Source: an uncultured Actinomycetes bacterium (GTDB lineage Bacteria > Actinomycetota > UBA4738 > HRBIN12). From it: a stretch of DNA of 64,000 bases. The translations under genes were made by a program, and so were the position numbers. The stretch lies in contig OY969934.1 in the NCBI GenBank assembly GCA_963704725.1, positions 512,001 through 576,000 of the forward strand, read 5' to 3'. Numbering within the stretch: the first letter of the stretch is position 1; every line of letters starts with the position of its first letter. A model generated the notes under the pieces. The model worked only from the letters and a program-made list of their open reading frames with translations, had not been told where the DNA came from and searched no databases. Below are positions 10,650-20,046 of the stretch, piece by piece.

Positions 10650-11666
10650 CTATCCCTCCAGTCGGCCGGGTCGTCGGGCGAGCAGGTCGTGGGTCAGGGC
10701 GTCTCGCAGGCGCGCCTTGGCGGCCCGCGAAGCGCCCACCCGGTCCAGGCCGAGCAACGCCGCGCCCACGACCGGCGGGGCCTGCAGGACCGTCACGGCC
10801 GCGCGCGGAGCGATCAGTCCGATGCCCTGCCCGATCCGCTCGAAGAACGACGCGAACGGCGTCCGGAAGATGCCGCCCCCCAGGACGACGTGGACGTCGA
10901 GCCGCGACATCCGCAGCCGGCGGATCGCGGTGGCGGCCATCGTGGCGATCTCGTCGGCCTGGCGGTCCACGATGGACCGGGCCACCGCATCGCCGCCGGC
11001 CGCCGCCTCGAACACGAGCGGCGGCAGCTCGGCGACCCGCGCCTCGCTCAGCCGGCCGAAGTACATCGCCTCCATGACCTGGCGGGGCCGGCGCATCCCG
11101 AAGTGCGCCGGGACGGACGTGGCCAGCGCCGTTCGCGAACCCCGGCCGTCCTCCGAGCGCGCGGCGTGCCACAGCGCGGCCTCGCCGATGTCCGAACCGC
11201 CGCCCCAGTCGCCGGCGATCCAACCGAGCGCGGGGAGGCGGTACGTCCTGCCGGTGGGCGAGACCGCCGAGCAGTTGGTGCCGTACCCGCAGACCACGCC
11301 GACGCCCCAGGTCCGTTCGGTGCCGGCTCGGAGCACCGCGAACGTGTCGTTGCGCAGCAGCGTCTCGGCAGTCCATCGCCGTCCGTCCAGTCCCCGAAGG
11401 ATGCGCCGGTCGTCCCGGGGCAGGTCGGCGCCGGCGAGGCAGAACACGCCGAGCGGGGCCAGCGGCCGGACGTCATCCCGGAGCCCGGCCCGGCGCCTCG
11501 CCGCCTCGACCGCGCCGGCGACCGATCCGAGATCCCCGGGCTCGCGCCCGTTGCGCTCGGCCGGCCGCACGCGCGCCGCGCCGAGGACCGTTCCGTCGCG
11601 CCCGATCAGCGCGGCGTCGATCTTCGAGCCGCCGCCGTCGATCGCGAGCACGGCCGGTCTGGTCAC
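10650..11666 (-). CDS. BadF/BadG-type sugar kinase (GlcNAc/GlcN kinase, CsnK-like)
   Basis: [33 protein letters not shown]. Confidence 0.88.
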   Translation of the reverse strand: MTRPAVLAIDGGGSKIDAALIGRDGTVLGAARVRPAERNGREPGDLGSVAGAVEAARRRAGLRDDVRPLAPLGVFCLAGADLPRDDRRILRGLDGRRWTAETLLRNDTFAVLRAGTERTWGVGVVCGYGTNCSAVSPTGRTYRLPALGWIAGDWGGGSDIGEAALWHAARSEDGRGSRTALATSVPAHFGMRRPRQVMEAMYFGRLSEARVAELPPLVFEAAAGGDAVARSIVDRQADEIATMAATAIRRLRMSRLDVHVVLGGGIFRTPFASFFERIGQGIGLIAPRAAVTVLQAPPVVGAALLGLDRVGASRAAKARLRDALTHDLLARRPGRLEG

Positions 11667-12277
11667 GGCAGGGCCTCGAGCTCGTCGACGGTCACGAAGG
11701 AGGCCCCGGCCTCGGCGAGGCGCGCGACGGCGACCGGCACCGCCCCGCGCGTCGCGGCGGGCCACGAATGCATCAGGACGACGGCGCCGTCGCCGTGCTC
11801 GAGGACCCCGTCGACCACGGCGCGCTCGACGTCGGTCGACGAGTGCGACGGCTCCCAGTCCTCGGGCTCGACGTGCCAGTGGACGTTGCGGTAGCCGAGC
11901 TGGCGGAGCACCCCGAGGACCCGGGGGTCGTCGGACCCGTCGCCGAACGGACAGCGGAACCACGGGCGGGGATCGGCGCCCGTGATCCTGGCGACGTCAC
12001 TTCCCGCCTCGCCGACGTCATCGCGCAACCCGGCGTCCGACAGGCGGGTCAGCCGGGCGTGCGAAGCGGAGTGGTTGCCGATCAGGTGTCCTTCGTCGGC
12101 GATGCGGCGGGCGAGGTCGGGGTTGGCGCTGGCCCATCGCGACTGGATGAAGAAGGTGGCGCGGAGACCGGCTTCGCCCAGCAGGTCCAGGAGCTGATCG
12201 CCGGGGTCCGAGGCGACGAGATGCCGATCGGCGTGCTCGGCGTCGAAGGTGAGCGCCACGCGGAACGGGTCATTCAT
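11663..12277 (-). CDS. Polysaccharide deacetylase (CE4/NodB), cytoplasmic
   Basis: TFDAE (variant motif 1), NHSASH, FRCPFG, EDW, LMH. Confidence 0.85.
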   Translation of the reverse strand: MNDPFRVALTFDAEHADRHLVASDPGDQLLDLLGEAGLRATFFIQSRWASANPDLARRIADEGHLIGNHSASHARLTRLSDAGLRDDVGEAGSDVARITGADPRPWFRCPFGDGSDDPRVLGVLRQLGYRNVHWHVEPEDWEPSHSSTDVERAVVDGVLEHGDGAVVLMHSWPAATRGAVPVAVARLAEAGASFVTVDELEALP

Positions 12278-13337
12278 GGGTCGTCACCTTGGATGCCCGA
12301 GTGTATCCGCCGGGGATCCGCCCGCGTTCGCCCGCCAGTCGCCGCGCCAGGAGCTGGATCGGCACGATCGATGCCGCGGAGCCCAGCAACCGATCCATCG
12401 CCGGAACGGCCACGCCGAGCGCGTCCGGCGGGGCCTCCCCGCCCGGCGCGAGCACCGCCACCGAGGCGCCCGCCCGTACCAGGTCCGCGGCGAGCGCGAG
12501 GTCCAAGGGCCGGGTCTCGCGCTCGGTCGCGATCACGATCGCCGCGAGGTCGGGCCCGGCCAGCTCGAGCGGGCCGTGACGGAACGCCGCGGTGGCGAAC
12601 GACTCCGCCATCACGCCGCTCTCCTTCAGCGTCAGCGCGCCCATCTCCGCGGCGGCTCGGGCCGGCCCGCGACCGAGCACCGCGATCACCTCCCGGTCGC
12701 GGACGACCTCGGTCAGGCGTTCGGCGACGGGCTCGCCGCGCTCCAGGATGGCCTCCACGGCCGTCGCCGCCTGCTCCGCGGCGCTCCGGGCGCGCTCGAC
12801 CGCCGCGGACGGTTCGACCCCGGCCAGCGCTCCCGCCACGGCGGCGAGGTGCGCGAGTGAGGCTCCGAACGTCATCGTCGACGGCCCGAACTCGGCTCCC
12901 GCGCGCGTGTCGAGGCGCAGGTCGGAGCGCTGGGCGAGCTCGTTCGCGAGCCCGTTCGTGATCGAGAGCGTCACGGGGCGCTCGGGACTCCGGACGACCG
13001 ACTCGGCCAGGCGGACGATCTCGGCGCTCTCACCGGACTGGCTCACCGTCACGAGCACGGTCGATGGCCGCAGGATCGCCGAGCGGAAGTGCAGCAGCTC
13101 CGCGGCGTCGACGTGCAGGGCCAGGACGCCTCGGACGGCGAGCTCGTTGACCGCCGGGTAGCACGCGTCGTACGAGCCCCCCATGCCCGTGAAGATCGCG
13201 ACGCGCGGAGGCGTCCGCGACAGCGTCTCGATCGTCCGGACCTGGTCGGAGAGCGCGTCGGCGGCCCGCCGGAGCGCGGCCGGTTGGCCGGCGATCTCGG
13301 CGAGGAATGAGTCAGGAAACTTTCCTAACCATTTCAT
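12270..13337 (-). CDS. Double-SIS domain protein, copy 2
   Basis: EIAGQP, GMGGSY, VSQSGESAE, FRHGPLE, SKVTTHE; N-terminus aligns with copy 1. Confidence 0.88.
   Translation of the reverse strand: MKWLGKFPDSFLAEIAGQPAALRRAADALSDQVRTIETLSRTPPRVAIFTGMGGSYDACYPAVNELAVRGVLALHVDAAELLHFRSAILRPSTVLVTVSQSGESAEIVRLAESVVRSPERPVTLSITNGLANELAQRSDLRLDTRAGAEFGPSTMTFGASLAHLAAVAGALAGVEPSAAVERARSAAEQAATAVEAILERGEPVAERLTEVVRDREVIAVLGRGPARAAAEMGALTLKESGVMAESFATAAFRHGPLELAGPDLAAIVIATERETRPLDLALAADLVRAGASVAVLAPGGEAPPDALGVAVPAMDRLLGSAASIVPIQLLARRLAGERGRIPGGYTRASKVTTHE
13311..13333. promoter_or_regulatory. CsnR-type (ROK) operator 1
   Basis: Palindrome AGGAAA-C-TTTCCT (13314-13326); reverse complement matches 16361-16383 at 20 of 23 nt. 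Confidence 0.8.
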
Positions 13338-13344
13338 CGGGTGC

Positions 13345-13354
13345 AGTGTACGAT
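13345..13354. promoter_or_regulatory. Overlapping divergent -10 elements (bidirectional leaderless promoter)
   Basis: TACGAT (+, 13349-13354) 8 nt before ATG 13363; TACACT (-, 13350-13345) 7 nt before ATG 13337. Confidence 0.55.
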
Positions 13355-13362
13355 GCCCGTTC

Positions 13363-14625
13363 ATGGGTGTGAAGGTGGCCGTCGTCGGCGCGGGAAGCAC
13401 CTACACGCCCGAGCTCGTCGAGGGGTTCGTCCGCCGGGCGGACCGGTTCCCCATCGACGAGCTGGCTCTCCTCGACATCGACCCCGAACGCCTGGCGATC
13501 GTGGGGGGCCTGGCGGGCCGGATGCTCGACCGCGCCGGCTTCGGCGGGCGGCTCGTCCTGACCCGGGATCGGGATGAGGCCGTCGAGGGTGCCGCGTTCG
13601 TCATCGTGCAGCTGCGGGTGGGTGGCCAGGCCGCCCGCCTGCTCGACGAGACGATCCCGCCGAGGTTCGGTTGCGTGGGGCAGGAAACGACGGGGCCCGG
13701 CGGCTACGCCAAGGCGCTTCGGACCGTCCCCGTGGTTCTCGAGCTCGCGGAGGCGGTGGCGCACCGGAGTGCCCCGGGGGCCTGGCTCCTCGACTTCACC
13801 AACCCGACCGGGCTGATCACGCAGGCCCTGCTGGACGAGGGACATCGAGCCATCGGGCTCTGCAACGTGGCGATCAACGTCCAGCGCGACCTCGCCGAGC
13901 GGTTCGGGGTGGAGCCGGAGCGCGTCGAGCTGGAGCACGTCGGGCTGAACCACCTGTCGTGGGAGCGGGCGGTGCGCGTCGACGGCGTCGACCGGCTCCC
14001 CGAGCTGCTGGAGACCGACCCGGCGGGGGTCGCGGACGACTTCCCGGTGGAGCTGGTCCGCGCGCTCCGGGCGATCCCCTCCTACTACCTGCGGTACTAC
14101 TACCTGACGGGCGACGTGCTGGCCCACCAGCGCGAGGGCGGCCCGACGCGGGCCGAGGAGGTCATGGAGATCGAGGCCGGCCTGTTGGAGATGTACCGCG
14201 ACCCCTCGCTCGCCGAGAAGCCCCCCCTCCTGGAACGGCGGGGGGGCGCCTACTACAGCGAGGCCGCGGCGCAGCTCGTCGCCTCGCTGGCGGCGGGGAC
14301 GGGGGATCGCCAGGTGGTGAACGTCCGCAACGAGGGCGCGATCCCCAACCTGGCGGCGGACGACGTCGTGGAGGTGGCGGCGCGGATCGACGCCGACGGC
14401 GCGCATCCGCTGCCGGTCGAGCCGCTCGACGAGGTGATGCTCGGGCTCGTGCAGCACGCGAAGGCCTACGAGCGCCTGACGATCGCGGCGGCCACCGGCG
14501 GCGACCGCTCCGTGGCGCTCTTGGCCCTCATGGCCAACCCCCTGGTCCCCGATTACCCGACCGCGGCGGCGCTGCTCGAGGCGATCCTGGCCGCGAACCG
14601 CGACCACCTGCCGCGCTTCGCGTGA
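13363..14625 (+). CDS. GH4 NAD-dependent 6-phospho-beta-glycosidase (CsnH-like)
   Basis: VGAGSTYTPEL, QLRVGG, GQETTGPGG, FTNP, GLCN, GLNHLSW, RGGAYYS. Confidence 0.93.
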   Translation: MGVKVAVVGAGSTYTPELVEGFVRRADRFPIDELALLDIDPERLAIVGGLAGRMLDRAGFGGRLVLTRDRDEAVEGAAFVIVQLRVGGQAARLLDETIPPRFGCVGQETTGPGGYAKALRTVPVVLELAEAVAHRSAPGAWLLDFTNPTGLITQALLDEGHRAIGLCNVAINVQRDLAERFGVEPERVELEHVGLNHLSWERAVRVDGVDRLPELLETDPAGVADDFPVELVRALRAIPSYYLRYYYLTGDVLAHQREGGPTRAEEVMEIEAGLLEMYRDPSLAEKPPLLERRGGAYYSEAAAQLVASLAAGTGDRQVVNVRNEGAIPNLAADDVVEVAARIDADGAHPLPVEPLDEVMLGLVQHAKAYERLTIAAATGGDRSVALLALMANPLVPDYPTAAALLEAILAANRDHLPRFA

Positions 14626-15890
14626 TGGGCGGGGTCGCGCTGCTCGACGGCGTGGTGGTCGACGCCACCACGAAGGGGTTCCCTCCGGTGCGCGAGCCGG
14701 TTCCGCTGCGGGAGGTCGGGGCGATGGGGTGGACGCTCGAAGACCTGCAGCCGCCGGTCATGGTCCTGCGCGCCTCGGCCCTCGAGCACAACCTCGCGCT
14801 GATGGCGGGCTTCTGCGAGCGCGCGGGGGTCGCGCTCGCGCCTCACGGCAAGACGACGATGGCGCCGCAACTGTGGCGCCGGCAGCTCGACGCAGGTGCC
14901 TGGGGGATCACCGCCGCGACCGCGGTGCAGGCGCGCGTGATGCGCGCCGCCGGCGTCCGGCGCGTCCTGATCGCGAACGAGCTCACCGATCCCGGCTCGA
15001 TCCGGTGGGTGGCGCAGGACCTGCGGGACCAGGGCACGGAGCTCGTGGCCTACGTCGACGGGCTCCGCGGGGTGCGGCTCCTGCAGGACGGGCTCCGGGA
15101 GGCCGGCGCGCCGAGACCGCTGTCCGTCGTCGTCGAGCTCGGTCACCAGGGCGGCCGGACGGGATGCCGCGATCCCGATGAGGCGGTCGAGATCGCCCGG
15201 GCCGTGGTGGGCGCCTCGCACCTGAACCTGGCCGGCGTGGCCGGGTTCGAAGGCACGATCGCCCACGACCGGGAACCGGGAAGCCTCGCCGCGGTCCGCG
15301 CCTTCCTCGACGCGATGCGGCGGCTCGCCGAACGACTCCTCGAGGGTGGTGAGCTGGCGCCGCGACCGATCCTTTCGGCCGGCGGCAGCCACTACTACGA
15401 CCTCGTGGCCGAGCGCCTCGCCCCTGGCTGGCCCGCGGACGAGGAGCCTCTCGTCCTCGTGCGGGCGGGGTGTTACCTCACCCACGACGACGGGATCTAC
15501 GCGTCCGCCACGCCGCTCGCGAACGAGGAGCCGGAGCTTCGGTTCCGGGCTGCGCTCGAGACCTGGGGGGCCGTGCTCTCGCGGCCGGAGCCGGAGCTCG
15601 CGCTGGTGGGGCTGGGTCGCCGGGACGTCCCGTTCGATCAGGGATATCCGCGACCGCTGCAGCTGCGGCGCGTCGGAGGAGAGCTCGAGCCCGTCGACGG
15701 GCGGATCGAGATCCTGTCGCTGAACGACCAGCACGCGTTCTGCCGCCCGGGCGCGGGGGTTCCCGTCGACGTGGGGGATCTCCTCATGTGCGGGATCTCG
15801 CATCCGTGCACGGCGTTCGACCGGTGGCGGGTGATCCCCGTCCTGGACGACGAGGACCGCGTGGTCGACGCCGTGGCCACGTTCTTCTGA
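14625..15890 (+). CDS. Fold-type III PLP enzyme, D-serine dehydratase/D-threonine aldolase-like deaminase
   Basis: APHGKTTM (PLP Lys), GRTG, SAGGS, LNDQH, GISHPCT; TGATG coupling to GH4. Confidence 0.85.
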   Translation: MGGVALLDGVVVDATTKGFPPVREPVPLREVGAMGWTLEDLQPPVMVLRASALEHNLALMAGFCERAGVALAPHGKTTMAPQLWRRQLDAGAWGITAATAVQARVMRAAGVRRVLIANELTDPGSIRWVAQDLRDQGTELVAYVDGLRGVRLLQDGLREAGAPRPLSVVVELGHQGGRTGCRDPDEAVEIARAVVGASHLNLAGVAGFEGTIAHDREPGSLAAVRAFLDAMRRLAERLLEGGELAPRPILSAGGSHYYDLVAERLAPGWPADEEPLVLVRAGCYLTHDDGIYASATPLANEEPELRFRAALETWGAVLSRPEPELALVGLGRRDVPFDQGYPRPLQLRRVGGELEPVDGRIEILSLNDQHAFCRPGAGVPVDVGDLLMCGISHPCTAFDRWRVIPVLDDEDRVVDAVATFF

Positions 15891-15899
15891 CGGCCGCCC

Positions 15900-16283
15900 T
15901 CACGGGACCGAGCGGCGGGCCACGACCTCGATCTCGACGAGGAGGCCGGGCGGCAAGCGCACCCCGACGGTCGAGCGCGCGGGGTACGGCGCCGAGAACC
16001 GCTCGGCGTACGCGCCGTTGAACGCCTCGAAGTCGCCGAGGTCCGCCAGGAACGCCGTGACCTTGACGACGTCGTCCAGCGAGCAGCCCACCGACGCCAG
16101 GCAACGCTCGACGTTGTCGAGCGCCCGCCGCGTCTGCTCCCCGATGCCGCCCTCGACCAACGTCCCGGCCTCGTCCTGGGCGACCTGGCCCGCCGTGTAG
16201 ACGAGATCTCCGGTGATCACGACCGGGCTGTAGGGGAACCTCGGAACGGTGATGCCCTCCGGCTGCCGAGCGTCTCTCGTCAC
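15900..16283 (-). CDS. RidA/YjgF family enamine deaminase
   Basis: SD GGAGGAG before GTG 16283; PYSP, TAGQ, PARSTV, LVEIE. Confidence 0.9.
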   Translation of the reverse strand: MTRDARQPEGITVPRFPYSPVVITGDLVYTAGQVAQDEAGTLVEGGIGEQTRRALDNVERCLASVGCSLDDVVKVTAFLADLGDFEAFNGAYAERFSAPYPARSTVGVRLPPGLLVEIEVVARRSVP

Positions 16284-16325
16284 GTCGAGCCTCCTCCGGC
16301 CGGCCGGGGTGTCGCCCCGCCTGCC

Positions 16326-16355
16326 TTGACTGCGGTCGGGGCGCGAGCGTAGCAT
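16326..16355 (+). promoter_or_regulatory. Sigma-70-type promoter for ROK-ABC operon
   Basis: TTGACT-N18-TAGCAT directly before operator 2. Confidence 0.6.
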
Positions 16356-16360
16356 CCGTC

Positions 16361-16383
16361 AATAGTTAGGAAAGTTTCCAAAC
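16361..16383. promoter_or_regulatory. CsnR-type (ROK) operator 2
   Basis: AATAGTTAGGAAAGTTTCCAAAC upstream of the ROK gene. Confidence 0.8.
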
Positions 16384-16387
16384 CACT

Positions 16388-17611
16388 GTGACCACGGATC
16401 CACCGCTGGGGGGCACGACGGTCGACCAGACGTTCGCCGCGGGGACACCGAGCCTGCTGAGGGCGATCAATGAGCGCTCGGTGCTCGAGTTCGTCCGGCA
16501 GATGGGGCCGGTCTCGCGGGCGCAGATCGCCCGCGACAGCGACCTGTCCAAGCCGACCGTCTCGCAGGCGCTCGCGGCCCTGCTCGAGGCGCGGCTGGTC
16601 CGGGAGGCCGGCCGGTCGAGCGGAGGGCGGGGCCCCGCGGCGGTGCTCTACGAGCTCAACCCCAGGGCCGGCTGGGTGGTGGGCCTCGACGTTGGGCGCG
16701 ACTTCGTGCGGGCCGCCGTGGCCAACCTGTCGGGCGAGATCGTGGCCCGGCGGGACGAGCGAGCCAAGGTGCGGAGCCAGCGGACCCTGATCTCGCAGAT
16801 CGGGGAGATCGCCCACGGCGTCGCGGCGGAGGCCGGCGTCCGGTGGAAACAGGTGACCTTCGCCACCGTGGGCAGCCCCGGCGTGTTCGATCCCGAGACG
16901 GGCCATGTGGCGCTGGCCCACGCCCTGCCTGGGTGGGGCCGGACCGGGCTCGTCCAGGCGGTGCAGGACGAGCTCGGGACGAAGGTGGGCTTCGAGAACG
17001 ACGTCAACCTCGCGGCCCTCGGCGAGCAGTGGCTGGGCCTTGGCAAGGGCGTGGCGAACTTCGTGTACCTGCATGTCGGGACCGGTGTCGGGGCCGGCCT
17101 CGTGCTCCGGGGCGAGCTCTACCGCGGGCAGACCGGATCGGCCGGCGAGGTCGGCTACGTGCCGATCGGCGGTGATCCCCGGCAGCCGGCGCTCCGGCGG
17201 CGCGGGGCGCTCGACGCGGACGCGGGCGACTCCGGCCTGGTGGCGACGGCCCGGCGGCTCGGCATGGCCGAGCCGGTGTCGGCCCGCGCGGTCTTCGCCG
17301 CCGCGCGCCGCGGTGACCCGCTGGCGCTGCGCGTGGTGGCGGTGGAGGCCGGGCGGATCGCGCTGGGGGTGGCGGCGATCGTGCCGATCGTCGACCCCGA
17401 GCTGGTGATCCTGGGCGGCGGGATCGGTCGCAACGGTGACCTGCTGCTCGAGCCGGTGACCCGGGGGGTCCGCGAGATCAGCCCGTTCCCCGTCCGGATC
17501 GAGATCTCACCGCTCGGGGAGGAGGCGACCGTGCTGGGCGCCGTGTGGATGGCGCTCCAGGCGGCCCAGGAGCTGTTGTTCACGAGGACCCGCCGGGCGG
17601 CCGTGTCGTGA
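16388..17611 (+). CDS. ROK family transcriptional repressor (CsnR-like)
   Basis: GTPSLLRAINERS, HTH SRAQIARDSDLSKPTVS, ENDVNLAALGE, GVGAG, AGEVGY. Confidence 0.92.
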   Translation: MTTDPPLGGTTVDQTFAAGTPSLLRAINERSVLEFVRQMGPVSRAQIARDSDLSKPTVSQALAALLEARLVREAGRSSGGRGPAAVLYELNPRAGWVVGLDVGRDFVRAAVANLSGEIVARRDERAKVRSQRTLISQIGEIAHGVAAEAGVRWKQVTFATVGSPGVFDPETGHVALAHALPGWGRTGLVQAVQDELGTKVGFENDVNLAALGEQWLGLGKGVANFVYLHVGTGVGAGLVLRGELYRGQTGSAGEVGYVPIGGDPRQPALRRRGALDADAGDSGLVATARRLGMAEPVSARAVFAAARRGDPLALRVVAVEAGRIALGVAAIVPIVDPELVILGGGIGRNGDLLLEPVTRGVREISPFPVRIEISPLGEEATVLGAVWMALQAAQELLFTRTRRAAVS

Positions 17612-17681
17612 CCGCTTGGGTGGTGAGAGGAGCCGAGGGATGCGTGGGCGTTCCCGGGCATCGACGTGGAGAGGGGGGCCG

Positions 17682-19022
17682 ATGAGACGCCTGACGATCG
17701 CGCTGGCCGCGTTCGGACTGATCGCCGCGGCGTGCACCGCGGGCACCGAGGACGAGGGGGGGCCGTCGCCGGTCGACACGAGTCCCGACGCCTCACACGC
17801 GCCGGTGACGATCTCGATGTGGGTGCCGTTCGCGGGCGCCGAGTACGACAAGGTCGCCACGGTGTTCGACATGTTCCACGCCGAGTACCCGTGGATCACG
17901 GTCGACGTCCGGACGGGCATCGGGGAGAACGACGACAAGGTGCTCGCGGCGATCCGGGCGGGGAACCCTCCTGACGCCGTCATGTCGTGGTCGCTCGACA
18001 GCGTCGGCAAGTTCTGCGCGACGGGAGCGTGGCAGGACCTCGCCCCGTACATCGAGCAGTCGGGGATGGACACGAGTCTGTTCCCGCCGTCCGTCACGCG
18101 CTACACGAGCTACGCGGGAAGTCAGTGCGCGCTCCCGTTCCTCACGGACGCGATGGGGCTGTACTACAACGAGGACCTCTTCGCGAAGCACGGGATCACC
18201 GAGCCCCCGAGGACGATGTCCGAGCTCTCGGACATGGCGAAGGAGCTCACCGAGTTCAATGCGGACGGCTCGATCAAGGTCGCCGGGTTCGTGCCGTGGT
18301 TCGGGTACTACGAGTTCACGCCGCTCGAGCTGTCGATCATCTTCGGCGCGGACTACTACAACGAGGACGGGACCGCGTCGGCCGTGGCCACCGACCCCGA
18401 CTGGCAGAGCCTGTTCGCGTGGCAGAAGGACCTCGTCGACTTCTACGGAGCCGACAAGCTGAAGGAGTTCGTGGCCGGGGCGGGAGACGAATGGTCGGCG
18501 CCGAACGACTTCCAGCGCGGCCGCGTCGCGATGATGTTCGACGGCGAGTGGCGCGTCGCGATGATCAGCGACTTCGCACCGAACCTGAGCTACGCCACCG
18601 CCCCGTATCCGACGCCGGACGGCATGGAGGACCAGTACGGCATCGGCCGGGTGGGCGGCACGATCATCGGCATCCCTCGGGGCTCGGCGCACGCCGCGGA
18701 GGCGTGGCTCCTCGTCCAGTACCTGGCCACGAACACGGACGCCCTCGTCGCGATGGGCAACGCGATCCGCAACGTCCCGACGACGTTCCCGTCGCTCGAA
18801 TCGCCGGATCTCGACGTCACGCCGCAGTTCCAGACGTTCCTCGACATCTTCGCCAACGCCGGATCGCACTACAAGCAGACGAGCGAGATCGGCACGGCCG
18901 ACCAGGACCTCGTCACGGACTTCGGCGCGGATTGGCAGGCGGGCGACGTGCAGGACCTCCAGGCGGGCCTGGCGCAGGTGGCGCAGCAGATCGACGACGA
19001 GCTCGCGGCGGGCGGCGGCTGA
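17682..19022 (+). CDS. Sugar ABC transporter solute-binding lipoprotein (CsnE-like)
   Basis: Lipobox IAAAC; LYYNEDLF, GRVAMMFDGEW. Confidence 0.92.
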   Translation: MRRLTIALAAFGLIAAACTAGTEDEGGPSPVDTSPDASHAPVTISMWVPFAGAEYDKVATVFDMFHAEYPWITVDVRTGIGENDDKVLAAIRAGNPPDAVMSWSLDSVGKFCATGAWQDLAPYIEQSGMDTSLFPPSVTRYTSYAGSQCALPFLTDAMGLYYNEDLFAKHGITEPPRTMSELSDMAKELTEFNADGSIKVAGFVPWFGYYEFTPLELSIIFGADYYNEDGTASAVATDPDWQSLFAWQKDLVDFYGADKLKEFVAGAGDEWSAPNDFQRGRVAMMFDGEWRVAMISDFAPNLSYATAPYPTPDGMEDQYGIGRVGGTIIGIPRGSAHAAEAWLLVQYLATNTDALVAMGNAIRNVPTTFPSLESPDLDVTPQFQTFLDIFANAGSHYKQTSEIGTADQDLVTDFGADWQAGDVQDLQAGLAQVAQQIDDELAAGGG

Positions 19023-19065
19023 GCCGGCGCGGCCCGGAGAGGAGGCTGCGCTCATCGCCGCGACC

Positions 19066-20046
19066 GTGACGGAGGCGACGGCTCGCCCGTCGTTCACCCG
19101 ACGGCGCCCGCCGCGCCGTCGTGCGATCCGCCGCTACGGCGTCGTCGCCCTGTTCATGCTGCCGTGGATCGTCGGGTTCGTCGCGTTCATCGCGTACCCC
19201 ATGGTGGCCAGCCTGTACTACAGCTTCACGAACTACGACCTGCTCTCGGCGCCGCACCTCGTCGGGTTGGACAACTTCCGGTTCATGTTCACGAAGGACC
19301 CACAGTTCTGGCAGGCCATGCGCAACACGATCTGGATCATCTGCGTCGGGCTGCCGCTCGAGGTCGCGTTCGCGCTGCTGACCGCGATGCTCCTGACGCG
19401 GCCGAGGCGGGGCCACCGGGTCTACCGGACGATCTACTTCCTGCCCACGCTCGCCCCGCCGGTCGCCGCGGCGCTCGCGTTCGTCTTCATCCTCAACCCG
19501 GCGTTCGGGCCCGTGAACCAGGTCCTGAAGGCGGTCGGCGTGCACCACCCACCCCTGTGGTTCTTCGATCCGTCCACGTCGAAGTGGGGGCTCGTCCTGC
19601 TCGGCCTGTGGGGGGTCGGCCAGACGATGATCATCTTCCTGGCCGGCCTGCTCGACGTGCCGAGGCAGCTCTACGAGGCCGCCGACATCGAGGGGGCCAC
19701 CGGCCTGCAGAAGTTCCGGTACGTCACGCTGCCGACGATCTCGCCGGTGATCTTCTTCTCGGTCGTGGTCGGCGTGATCTGGGGGTTCCAGTACTTCACG
19801 CAGGCATACGTCGCGAGCTTCGCGGTCGCGGGTGGGGCGCAGAGCGCCGCCGCGTCCAACGTCGGCTCCCCTCAGGGCTCGATGCTCTTCTACTCGCTGT
19901 ACCTGTACGTGAAGGGGTTCTCCGACTTCCGGATGGGCTACGCGTCCGCGATGGCGTGGATGCTGTTCCTGATCACGATGGCCTGCACGGCGCTCCTCAT
20001 CAAGACGTCGCGCCGTTGGGTCCACTACCAGGGAGGCTTCCGATAG
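19066..20046 (+). CDS. Sugar ABC transporter permease (CsnF-like)
   Basis: TM helices; EAA loop LYEAADIEGA; MGYASA. Confidence 0.93.
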   Translation: MTEATARPSFTRRRPPRRRAIRRYGVVALFMLPWIVGFVAFIAYPMVASLYYSFTNYDLLSAPHLVGLDNFRFMFTKDPQFWQAMRNTIWIICVGLPLEVAFALLTAMLLTRPRRGHRVYRTIYFLPTLAPPVAAALAFVFILNPAFGPVNQVLKAVGVHHPPLWFFDPSTSKWGLVLLGLWGVGQTMIIFLAGLLDVPRQLYEAADIEGATGLQKFRYVTLPTISPVIFFSVVVGVIWGFQYFTQAYVASFAVAGGAQSAAASNVGSPQGSMLFYSLYLYVKGFSDFRMGYASAMAWMLFLITMACTALLIKTSRRWVHYQGGFR

